Source of the DNA: a bacterium | GTDB taxonomy: Bacteria; Patescibacteriota; Minisyncoccia; Phycocordibacterales; UBA2100 | Reading direction: 5' to 3' | DNA: 64,000 nt | Assembly: GCA_038128225.1 (NCBI GenBank) | Contig: JAYPJF010000002.1 | Span: forward strand, 258,785-322,784 | Shown here: one piece after another, positions 34,855 to 43,611 of the stretch | How the letters are laid out: the number at the start of each line of letters is the position of its first letter | How positions within the stretch are numbered: position 1 is the first letter of the stretch | The notes under the pieces: model-generated | The model's input: only the letters and a program-made list of their open reading frames with translations | Told to the model about the DNA's origin: nothing | Databases searched by the model: none | Position numbers and translations under genes: made by a program

Positions 34855-36120
34855 GTGTATTATCGCGCTATGGCAAAACTTTCAACCGAACCATACAAAG
34901 GAGTGCGCGACTTTTACCCGAAAGAACAGTTTGTCCAGCAATACATCGCAGAAGTTGAGCGCCGTGCATGTGAAAAATACGGTTACGAAGAATATAACGC
35001 GAGTGTGTTGGAGCCGGCCGAACTCTATCGAAGTAAAACAAGCGAAGAGATCGTAAACGAGCAAACATACACCTTCACCGACCGCGGGGATCGCGCGGTA
35101 ACCCTACGCCCAGAAATGACCCCCACCGTCGCACGCCTCGTGGCACACAAGCGTCGCGAGCTCGGCCTCCCACTGCGCCTCTATTCGATTCAGAATTTTT
35201 TTCGGTACGAGCGCCCACAACACGGCCGCCTTCGCGAGTTTTGGCAATTGAATGCAGATATCTTCGGCGTGCCGGGCGTCGAGGCAGAAGTGGAGATCAT
35301 TGCACTTGCTCACAGTATTCTTATAGGGTTTGGTGCCTCCGAACACGATTTTGAGATCCGCATCAACGACCGTTCCGTGCTCCAAACGATTGCACATACC
35401 GCAGGGCTGGACGAGCAGTTGTTTGCGCATGCGCTACACCTTCTCGATCGACGCGCAAAAATGGATAATTTCGAAGACGTGTTTGCTCGTGAACTGGGCG
35501 CTACGACTGCACGCGCATTTCTTGATGGCCTCGCACAAACCGCTTCAAACACACACATCGAACGTCTCCGCGAACTGCTTGCGCTTCTCAATGTGCGCAA
35601 CGTCGTTGTTGATACCAGCATTGTGCGTGGTTTTGATTACTACACCGGCATGGTTTTTGAAGTTTTTGATACGAGCGAAGCAAACCCTCGATCGCTCGCG
35701 GGGGGCGGTAGGTATGACAATTTGCTATCCCTGTTTGGTGAAGAGACAGTTCCCGTAGTTGGCTTCGCGCTCGGTGACGTAACAGCACGTGATTTCTTGG
35801 ACACACACAACCTCATCCCTCCGTATCGCCCCGCAACCGAGCTTATGCTTGGGGTCGTTGACACAGATGCGGTTGCGCACGCAATGAAACTCGCTGCAGA
35901 TTTACGAAGCGAAGATATCACTGTCGCCATTAACTACTCAGGAAAACGACCGGGTGATCAAATTAAGCAAGCAGAAAAATTGGGTATTCCGTTCTTCATT
36001 CTTATTGGTGATAAAGAGCGCGATTCTGGAACCTACGTACTAAAAAATATTCAGACTGGGGACGAAATCACGTTGCCTCCATCTCGAATCGTTGAGCATA
36101 TGGCGAGCGCGCTCGGGTAG
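34855..36120 (+). CDS. hisS: Histidine--tRNA ligase
   Basis: Class II motifs (FRYERPQ, GGGRYD) and a C-terminal anticodon-binding domain. Confidence 0.9.
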   Translation: MYYRAMAKLSTEPYKGVRDFYPKEQFVQQYIAEVERRACEKYGYEEYNASVLEPAELYRSKTSEEIVNEQTYTFTDRGDRAVTLRPEMTPTVARLVAHKRRELGLPLRLYSIQNFFRYERPQHGRLREFWQLNADIFGVPGVEAEVEIIALAHSILIGFGASEHDFEIRINDRSVLQTIAHTAGLDEQLFAHALHLLDRRAKMDNFEDVFARELGATTARAFLDGLAQTASNTHIERLRELLALLNVRNVVVDTSIVRGFDYYTGMVFEVFDTSEANPRSLAGGGRYDNLLSLFGEETVPVVGFALGDVTARDFLDTHNLIPPYRPATELMLGVVDTDAVAHAMKLAADLRSEDITVAINYSGKRPGDQIKQAEKLGIPFFILIGDKERDSGTYVLKNIQTGDEITLPPSRIVEHMASALG

Positions 36121-36142
36121 CGCTCTGGTATACTTTTTGCTC

Positions 36143-36718
36143 ATGCGCATTATCACATTCGATATAGAAACCGCGAATGTATTTTCTGATGTCGGATCAT
36201 CTGACCCCACTGCTCTCGACATTTCACTTGTCGGTATCCACGACTCTGAAACCAATGCGTACGACGCGTTTCTTGTTCAAGACTTCGGACGATTGTGGAC
36301 CATTCTTGAACATGCGGATATGCTCGTCGGCTACAATTCGGATCACTTCGACATCCCACTTTTGAACAAATACTACCCCGGGGATCTTTCCCACATTCGA
36401 TCGCTCGATCTTCTGAAAGAAATTCACCGCGTACTCGGTAGACGCGTCAAACTCGATTCTGTTGCGGAGGCAACGCTTGGGGTAAACAAAAGCGGTAATG
36501 GTCTACAAGCGCTCGAATGGTGGCGCAAAGGCGAAATCGACAAAGTGCGCGAATACTGTTTAAAGGATGTCGAGATTACACGCAATATATTCGACTACGC
36601 ACTCAAGCATCAGGCGATCAAAATTAAGGAGCTTGGCGGTGTGCGGGACGTGCGTCTTGATACCAGAGGGTGGCTCAAAGAGACTTCACAGCCGTTAACC
36701 AAAACGCTAGGTTTTTAA
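36143..36718 (+). CDS. DEDD-family 3'-5' exonuclease (DnaQ-like)
   Basis: Exo I FDIET; Exo II NSDHFDIPLL; Exo III YCLKDVE. Confidence 0.7.
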   Translation: MRIITFDIETANVFSDVGSSDPTALDISLVGIHDSETNAYDAFLVQDFGRLWTILEHADMLVGYNSDHFDIPLLNKYYPGDLSHIRSLDLLKEIHRVLGRRVKLDSVAEATLGVNKSGNGLQALEWWRKGEIDKVREYCLKDVEITRNIFDYALKHQAIKIKELGGVRDVRLDTRGWLKETSQPLTKTLGF

Positions 36719-37035
36719 GCCGCCGGCTTTTGCGTAAGTTCGTGAAAAAGATTCACCGCTGACACACCAGATCCGGGAGTAAGCATTTCCACGATTCTTT
36801 CTGGAAATTGATCGGCAAAATTACTGTATCGTTCTCCATACCGGGTGGCCCACGCCTCCATAACTTCATTTCTTTCTTCTGGTCGCAACACGTCAAGATC
36901 GTACACGTCATTACCAAACGCATCTTTTAAACTCTTGCCCAACTCACTACGCGCAAAAACCGCTGCAAGGTGGAGTTGCACTGTTGCGCGGTCACGCAAG
37001 GAAATCGTTGTTACTGGTTTACTTTCGAAGTTCAT
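36715..37035 (-). CDS. Hypothetical protein (possibly coupled to uppP)
   Basis: Start ATG lies 2 nt after the uppP stop; no domain recognised. Confidence 0.35.
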   Translation of the reverse strand: MNFESKPVTTISLRDRATVQLHLAAVFARSELGKSLKDAFGNDVYDLDVLRPEERNEVMEAWATRYGERYSNFADQFPERIVEMLTPGSGVSAVNLFHELTQKPAA

Positions 37036-37826
37036 GCCAAAACGATGAGCACCACCACTGCAAGAAATACACGGTAACAAATGAAGGGCCATAGCGTATT
37101 CGTCCGGAGAAATACGAGCATGTAATGCATAGCCATGACTCCGGTTACTACCGCCGCGATAACTCCCGCACTAATAACAACAAGATCTGCGCTTGCCGTC
37201 TCAAAAACAAAAACATCAATAATCTTTTTAAGCCCCGCTCCGCATAAAAGAGGCACTGCGAGCACAAATGCAAAACGAGTCGCGTGGACGCGATCAAGTC
37301 CTGCAAACATACCGCCGGCAATAGCCATCCCTGAGCGGCTCATCCCCGGAACAAGTGCGAGTGATTGAAAAAAGCCAACTAGCAATGCGCCAGATGCATG
37401 CAGCGTCTTAGACTGCCGCCGTGCGTAATGCCATTCGGCCGCAAACATAATACCCGCACCTGCGATAAGCGTTATCGCAACAAGAACAGGATTCCGAAAC
37501 ACTGTCTCCATCGAGGATTCCAAAACATACCCAAGCACCACCGCAGGGATTGTGGCAATAACTATGTGTACACTAAGAGATCTGTCTTCCGTACCAAATC
37601 CGAGTGCCGAGAACCCAGAGCGCGCAATCTGCACGATGTCTTTCCAAAAGTAGCACGCAACGGCACATGCGGTTGCGAAGTGAAGCATCGCGTCAAACAG
37701 GAGCCCTGATTCCGAAGTGATGCCAAAAAACTCCCGCGCAAGGATCAAATGTCCTGAAGAAGAAATCGGCAAAAACTCTGTAATACCCTGTACAATTCCG
37801 AGGAGTATGGCATCGCCAATAGTCAT
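37032..37826 (-). CDS. uppP: Undecaprenyl-diphosphatase
   Basis: GITEFLPISSSGHL and the BacA fold with 8 TM. Confidence 0.9.
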   Translation of the reverse strand: MTIGDAILLGIVQGITEFLPISSSGHLILAREFFGITSESGLLFDAMLHFATACAVACYFWKDIVQIARSGFSALGFGTEDRSLSVHIVIATIPAVVLGYVLESSMETVFRNPVLVAITLIAGAGIMFAAEWHYARRQSKTLHASGALLVGFFQSLALVPGMSRSGMAIAGGMFAGLDRVHATRFAFVLAVPLLCGAGLKKIIDVFVFETASADLVVISAGVIAAVVTGVMAMHYMLVFLRTNTLWPFICYRVFLAVVVLIVLA

Positions 37827-37871
37827 CAGACTAGTATGCTATACTTTGTCCGTTACTACTAGACATATAAG

Positions 37872-38570
37872 GTGATTATGGAAACCGTGCAAAAGTTAGC
37901 AGTTCCTATCGCGATCGTGGTTGCGGGTGCACTCATCGCTGCGGCTCTTTATTTTGTTAACAGCAACGTCTCAAACCCTGGCACCGATACGCCTGTAGCG
38001 CTTAAAGATATCCGAGGCGTGCAGTCTGACGATCATATTCGTGGAAATCCCAATGCTCCCATCGTGATTGTGGAATATTCCGATCCTGAATGTCCGTTTT
38101 GCAAAAACTATCACCAGACGATGAAGCAGGTTATGGACGCGTATGGTGCGGATGGAAAAGTTGCATGGGTGTACCGCCACTTCCCCCTTGATTCAATTCA
38201 CCCAAAGGCACGCGCTGAGGCACAGGCGATGGAGTGTGCGTTTGAACTCGGCGGCAACGACGCATTCTGGAAATTTACTGACCGGTTGTACGAAACAACG
38301 CCATCAAACAATGGTTTTGACTTAAGTAAACTTGGTGACGTGGCCACATTTGCCGGCGTCGACAAAACAAAGTTTGAGGCATGTATTGCATCTGAAAAAC
38401 ACAAAGACCGCATCCAGCGCGATCTCGACGAAGTGGTTGCTGCCGGTGGCCGTGGCACCCCTCACTCAATTATCCTTGTCGATGGCGAACAAGTGCCTGT
38501 TGAGGGTGGTCAGCCATTCGATGTGCTTAAGGGCTTGATCGATACTATTCTGAGCGACCAAAATTCCTAA
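37872..38570 (+). CDS. DsbA-like thiol:disulfide oxidoreductase, membrane-anchored
   Basis: N-terminal TM, CPFC active site, thioredoxin fold. Confidence 0.8.
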   Translation: MIMETVQKLAVPIAIVVAGALIAAALYFVNSNVSNPGTDTPVALKDIRGVQSDDHIRGNPNAPIVIVEYSDPECPFCKNYHQTMKQVMDAYGADGKVAWVYRHFPLDSIHPKARAEAQAMECAFELGGNDAFWKFTDRLYETTPSNNGFDLSKLGDVATFAGVDKTKFEACIASEKHKDRIQRDLDEVVAAGGRGTPHSIILVDGEQVPVEGGQPFDVLKGLIDTILSDQNS

Positions 38571-38586
38571 CTGAACATTAAGCATG

Positions 38587-38622
38587 AAAACAACCCAGGC
38601 TCTGCCTGGGTTGTTTTTTATT
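38587..38622 (+). terminator. Rho-independent terminator
   Basis: ACAACCCAGGctctgCCTGGGTTGTttttta. Confidence 0.55.
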
Positions 38623-38689
38623 AAGTCACCGGTTAAAAAATCACTCTACAAGTGATGGCGTGAGGTAAGAGTGATCAGTGGAGCAAAAC

Positions 38690-39499
38690 CTATAATCGAA
38701 GCCGGTAGATATCAAAAGAGTTCTCACCTTCACACTTGTCTGCGGGTTTGGGACGTAAATGGGTGCGTCGCTTCAAACCATTGTTTACATCGGTAAGTAG
38801 TCGTGTAAAAAGCGCAAACGACTCTTCGTGTTCGTCAAAGTTAATCGTATACGTACGCATCTGTTTTCCTCCGTCTGCGTTCTTTCTTTTTTTGCACTCA
38901 TGCAAGATAAAGCGGTCTACAGGCTTATTAAACAACTCCCGGATCGTGTAGTAATTAAAGAGCGCCTGAATGAGAAAAAGTGTCTTGTGCGATCCGAGTG
39001 CACTAAACGAATCAACAAATTTGTGGTCAACAATGTCCAACGCTCCTCGGGTTCGCTTTGACTTTACCACCAAATCCGAAACCGCCTTAAGAGGGACTGG
39101 TATCCCTTTCACACGCGCGGTTGCTTTCACCTCCACCCCCAACACTGAGTATTTCGGCGGCCGCGCAAGATAAAACCCGATCGCCTGTACATACTCTCGC
39201 TCCATAAACGCACGCCTTGCCTTGCGTGCAGTCCGATGCGCCGTCTTGCCAAAGTTAATTTCGAAATCTGGAACTCCGCGAAGATATTGCAACCCAAGAT
39301 CAATTGCCCCTTCCTTGGCAATGCCGCCATAAAAGTGCTGCAGCGCAACATGCCCCGCACGACCAACAATTGAAGAAGGGGTCGCTGGGGTATCGTACAC
39401 ATGTTCAACATACCGTTTATACCACGCCAGCGGATTGCGTAGATATGCCATCAACGACGAATGGCTCCAGTGTGAGATGGGAATGCGCGCACGTGCCAC
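38690..39499 (-). CDS. PD-(D/E)XK (RecB-family) nuclease-fold protein
   Basis: GALDIVDHKFV (motif II D, motif III DxK) and an upstream motif-I-like region. Confidence 0.55.
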   Translation of the reverse strand: MARARIPISHWSHSSLMAYLRNPLAWYKRYVEHVYDTPATPSSIVGRAGHVALQHFYGGIAKEGAIDLGLQYLRGVPDFEINFGKTAHRTARKARRAFMEREYVQAIGFYLARPPKYSVLGVEVKATARVKGIPVPLKAVSDLVVKSKRTRGALDIVDHKFVDSFSALGSHKTLFLIQALFNYYTIRELFNKPVDRFILHECKKRKNADGGKQMRTYTINFDEHEESFALFTRLLTDVNNGLKRRTHLRPKPADKCEGENSFDIYRLRL

Positions 39500-39581
39500 A
39501 CAGAAAAGTATACACGACTATGCAACTTGACCAGAGAACAATGATGCTGTTTAATACCCAGCGGAAACAAAGGAGGAACGA

Positions 39582-39710
39582 ATGCGAGCTAAGGCTTTTC
39601 TGTGGCTATCGCAGTGGGCAGAACGCAATCCATTTCAAGTTGCAATGGCAATTTGTCTTATTGGCCTTCTGACCATCTTCGCAAAGATTATAAGTTTTGG
39701 GGCAAATTAG
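39582..39710 (+). CDS. Small membrane peptide (42 aa), absent from the ORF track
   Basis: AAAGGAGG SD 6 nt before ATG 39582; MRAKAFLWLSQWAERNPFQVAMAICLIGLLTIFAKIISFGAN; followed by its own terminator. Confidence 0.4.
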   Translation: MRAKAFLWLSQWAERNPFQVAMAICLIGLLTIFAKIISFGAN

Positions 39711-39729
39711 CCTCGCGAATCAATTCCCA

Positions 39730-39760
39730 CGTCGCGCCGAAAGGCGCGACGTTTGCTATT
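39730..39760 (+). terminator. Rho-independent terminator
   Basis: CGTCGCGCCgaaaGGCGCGACGtttgctatt. Confidence 0.45.
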
Positions 39761-40020
39761 ATCCCAGCTGATGAAACTTTCTGGTATCAGCAAACGTAAC
39801 CCCAACAAGTACCTTGGTAATCCTTCAAGCTCTGGCACTGACTGCTTTAATACTTGTTTTGAAACGCGCTCAACATACCATGCTTTTTCGATTGCAAGAT
39901 TCCATCCAAAACTCCCCTCCTCGTCCCTCTCACACACCAGTGACACTATCCACCAATCGTCAATTGACAGTTCTCTTTTCAGGAATAATATGCCCGAATC
40001 CGTAAACCAGAGAGGTACAG

Positions 40021-40701
40021 ATGGCAAACGGACATGTTCTTTCGTTGGCTATTTCAGGGCTTCGGTTCTCAGGGAGAACCGAACTCTACCAACAGCTTGA
40101 ACTCGTGTTGCCGAAGGACGAAAGCCTTCGGGAATGTGAATTCGCATTCTTGGGAAATCCGTTCGGTCACTTGCGACACCCGCTTCAATGGGTACGCGAG
40201 GGACACAAAAAGCATGGCCTTTCCCGGCTATTCGAATGCTGGGGCATGCTGAACGAATTCACCGAGGAGCTGTGGATGCCGGCACTCAAGACGGGAAAGA
40301 TTCCCGTTATGGACGGATGCGGGCTCGATGCCGTCCTCTACGCGACGGCGTGCATCGAATGCCCGATGGACCATGCAAAGGTTATGGACTGGCATCATGA
40401 GCTCGTCCATGATCGCATCGTGAAGCAGGGCGTCTCTCCTCCGAGATACCTGATCACGCGAGCGGATCCGCAGCGACTGCTGCGTGGTCTTCGTGAAAAG
40501 GAGATTGTCGACGCCGGAGTGAATGATCACACGATACTCGGCTTTATCGACAAGGAACGTACAACGATCGTCGACTACTTCAGGCCGGGCTCAGGACAGC
40601 AGACTCCCTACTATCTGCCCGCTCTCATGAGCACGGAGACGATGGTGACGGAGGCGGTGATGCACATTCGCCGCGCAGTGCGAACACGAGTGGCTGCCTG
40701 A
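40021..40701 (+). CDS. Hypothetical protein with a degenerate Tmk/dNK-like P-loop
   Basis: LSLAISGLRFSGRTELYQQL versus the Tmk consensus IEGLEGAGKST (Lys replaced by Arg, extra residue). Confidence 0.4.
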   Translation: MANGHVLSLAISGLRFSGRTELYQQLELVLPKDESLRECEFAFLGNPFGHLRHPLQWVREGHKKHGLSRLFECWGMLNEFTEELWMPALKTGKIPVMDGCGLDAVLYATACIECPMDHAKVMDWHHELVHDRIVKQGVSPPRYLITRADPQRLLRGLREKEIVDAGVNDHTILGFIDKERTTIVDYFRPGSGQQTPYYLPALMSTETMVTEAVMHIRRAVRTRVAA

Positions 40702-40723
40702 GATGGACGGCGCTTAGATATCA

Positions 40724-40753
40724 GGGGGGCCCGGCCATGCCGGGCCCTTTTCT
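40724..40753 (+). terminator. Rho-independent terminator
   Basis: GGGCCCGGcatgCCGGGCCCttttct. Confidence 0.55.
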
Positions 40754-41046
40754 ATACGGACACACCCGGGAGAAGAACTTTCACCTCGAGCTCTGTCCCA
40801 AAATATCTACTTGATAGCAACAAAAACAAGAGTAGAATGACCTCGTTCTGAAGCATTTGCATTGCTTGCCTCCAGGGCTTGCAACGCGAGTTCTGCAGGG
40901 CTCCCTATGGACGTGTCTTTCATGGCTGCTGTATTTTTGTTGACCACACTCTGCATTGTGGATCTTTGTGCCGCATACAGCTTTTCAGCCCATCCTTTTG
41001 TGCTGGCCCTAACAATGCACAATAGAGGCGCTTTACAGATCTTTAC

Positions 41047-43605
41047 ATGACACCCCCAATACGTCATCCGGGCACGACCTTCGATGAGGCACACGTGCTG
41101 CACTCGCTCAAACATTACCTCCCTTCGCAAGGCCCTTTGAAGGATTTCGTACATCACAATACGCTCCATGCCTTCCAGGATATGCTGTTTTATGACGCGA
41201 TCTTCAAAGCATCGGAGATTTTCGGTTACAAAGTGACATTCTCACTTGCTGAGTATCGCAACCTCTATCGGACCGGACGTATTCATACAACTATCCTTGA
41301 GAGGACCGTCCGTGAACACAAGGGTGATGAACATTTTGATGAGTGGTATCGCAAGGTACTGCATGAGACGTTCGGTGGCCAGCTCGAAGCGCGCATACAC
41401 GCGCTGCGAAAGGGGTGGCGAGAACACTACCCGATCGATCTCAACAATGCGGTACATCCCTTATTGTTCCGTATCTTATGCAGTTACCTCGACCAAGGCA
41501 TAGCCATCGTCCCGTTTCCGTATGAAAACGCGGGACTATTAGACGCGATACGAGCCTTAGAGAAAAACAGTGCGGCGCATTTCTTGAATACCGACCGAGC
41601 GCGAACACTCTTGCACGACCCTGACCTCACCCTCGAGGTATTGCTCACGATCCTGGTCGGTAAGCAAGAGTATTTTGAAGAGTACATCTACGGACAGCAG
41701 TTTGCGCACCGAGGATGGTCGGGCATGGTCTCGACTCTGGAGAATCGCCCCGAAACACTCCTGTACCCAAAAAAGATCGCCCTCAAGGACCTTATACTTC
41801 TGGAGTGTCTCATGGAAATCGATGCGTTGGATTCGGCATTCGGGCTGAATTGGAAACCGTTGGGTGAACTTACCAACCGCCCGCCTATGGACATCTTTGC
41901 AGATATCGATGCGAAAGAGATCTACGATGTCATCAAGATATGGCATGATGCGTTCGAGTGGAGTTACTACGACGAAGCACTGATGGCGATCAAGAAAAGC
42001 GCATCACATAATCCGAATACAAAGGAAGGAGCGAAGAGGTTCCAAGCAATATTCTGCATCGACGAACGCGAGGACTCGATCCGTCGCCACATCGAAAGCA
42101 CTGGCGCGTGCGAGACACTCGGCGCCCCCGGATTCTTCGGCGTCGAATTCTATTTTCACCCTGCGCACGCGAAGTTCTATGACAAATTGTGTCCCGCACC
42201 AGTGACGCCCGCATTCTTAATCGAGGAGATCCCGTCTGCCGAAAAACACACACCGGCTCGAGAAATCGTATACACGAAGGAATCCCACACGCTCATACGC
42301 GGAACGGTAGCCTCATACATCTTAGGAATACCTTCCCTCGTAAAACTCATTTTTAATCTCTTGTCTCCCACCATGAGCCCGGCCATCGCCGATGCGTTTG
42401 CGCACATGCACGATGAAAACGAACTAACCGTCGTACATGAGGGGAAACGGGACGAAGCGCGCAACCTCCAGATCGGCTTCACCGTGGCCCAGATGGCGGA
42501 CCGCGTGGAGAAACTCCTTCGCGGCATCGGATTGGTCCGGAATTTTACCCGCCTAGTGTACTTCATCGGCCATGGCTCTTCGAGCGCCAACAACCCTCAC
42601 CATGGCGCTCACGACTGCGGCGCCTGCAGCGGACGCCCTGGTTCTGTGAACGCCCGTGTCGCTGCGACTATGGCCAATCATCCAGATGTGCGCGAGGAAC
42701 TGCGAAAGCGCGGACTCGACATTCCGGCATCGACGCATTTCGTAGGCGGTCTCCACGATACCGCGAGCGATGAGATCGAATTCTACGACGAACGGAAGAT
42801 GTCTGCCGAGCACCAGGAACTCCACACACAAAACAAACAGGACTTCGAGCGCGCACTGGATCTCAATGCGAAGGAGCGTTCGCGACGGTTTATGTCGATC
42901 GACACGAAGCAATCGCTAGAACGAATTAGGAAGGCGATCAAACAACGATCCGTGTCTTACTTCGAACCGCGCCCCGAACTCGGTCATGGAACGAACGCAC
43001 TCTGTATCGTGGGTAACCGTGCGCTCACTCGCAACCTTTTCCTCGACCGACGCGCCTTCATGAATTCCTATGACTACCGCACGGATCCCGACGGGACCTT
43101 CCTTACCAATGTCATAGCGCCACTTCCTCTGGTATGCGGAGGCATCAACCTCGAATACTATTTCTCGCGCATGGACAACTCGAAGCTGGGAGCGGGTACC
43201 AAACTACCGCACAACGTGATGGGACTCATCGGTGTCGCTAACAGCAGTGATGGTGACCTACGAGCAGGGTTGCCCTTGCAGATGATTGAGGTGCATGATC
43301 CTATCCGGCTCATGATGATCGTCGAACATGATCCTGCGGTGGTATCGCGAGTCATCTTAGCAACACCTGCGCTCTCAGAGTGGTTCACCAATGAATGGGT
43401 CCATCTGGCAGCCTTCCATCCGGAAGAGAATAGACTGTATATCTTCAAAGACCGTGAGTTCGTCCCCTATGAGCCATGTACCGATGAGACAAGCGTCCTC
43501 GAGGAGGATTTCCTTGCGGTGATCGAATCTGCCGAAAAGATGAAGACCAACAACATCGTCGACGCGACCAAAGAGAATCTTCGCATCCGGCTCATGCCCC
43601 GCTAA
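41047..43605 (+). CDS. dabA: DabA (DUF2309/UPF0753) subunit of the DAB inorganic-carbon pump
   Basis: 852 aa; FCIDERED (Cys-x-Asp) and HGSSSANNPHHGAHDCGACSG (His/Cys) are placed like the Zn ligands of characterised DabA. Confidence 0.8.
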   Translation: MTPPIRHPGTTFDEAHVLHSLKHYLPSQGPLKDFVHHNTLHAFQDMLFYDAIFKASEIFGYKVTFSLAEYRNLYRTGRIHTTILERTVREHKGDEHFDEWYRKVLHETFGGQLEARIHALRKGWREHYPIDLNNAVHPLLFRILCSYLDQGIAIVPFPYENAGLLDAIRALEKNSAAHFLNTDRARTLLHDPDLTLEVLLTILVGKQEYFEEYIYGQQFAHRGWSGMVSTLENRPETLLYPKKIALKDLILLECLMEIDALDSAFGLNWKPLGELTNRPPMDIFADIDAKEIYDVIKIWHDAFEWSYYDEALMAIKKSASHNPNTKEGAKRFQAIFCIDEREDSIRRHIESTGACETLGAPGFFGVEFYFHPAHAKFYDKLCPAPVTPAFLIEEIPSAEKHTPAREIVYTKESHTLIRGTVASYILGIPSLVKLIFNLLSPTMSPAIADAFAHMHDENELTVVHEGKRDEARNLQIGFTVAQMADRVEKLLRGIGLVRNFTRLVYFIGHGSSSANNPHHGAHDCGACSGRPGSVNARVAATMANHPDVREELRKRGLDIPASTHFVGGLHDTASDEIEFYDERKMSAEHQELHTQNKQDFERALDLNAKERSRRFMSIDTKQSLERIRKAIKQRSVSYFEPRPELGHGTNALCIVGNRALTRNLFLDRRAFMNSYDYRTDPDGTFLTNVIAPLPLVCGGINLEYYFSRMDNSKLGAGTKLPHNVMGLIGVANSSDGDLRAGLPLQMIEVHDPIRLMMIVEHDPAVVSRVILATPALSEWFTNEWVHLAAFHPEENRLYIFKDREFVPYEPCTDETSVLEEDFLAVIESAEKMKTNNIVDATKENLRIRLMPR

Positions 43606-43611
43606 TCGCCT

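Noticed and set aside
40807-41169. 120-aa minus-strand ORF overlapping the dabA 5' end
   Set aside because: No SD and no domain, and it overlaps the conserved dabA N-terminus by 120 nt. It is likely spurious and the region is more plausibly the dabA promoter.
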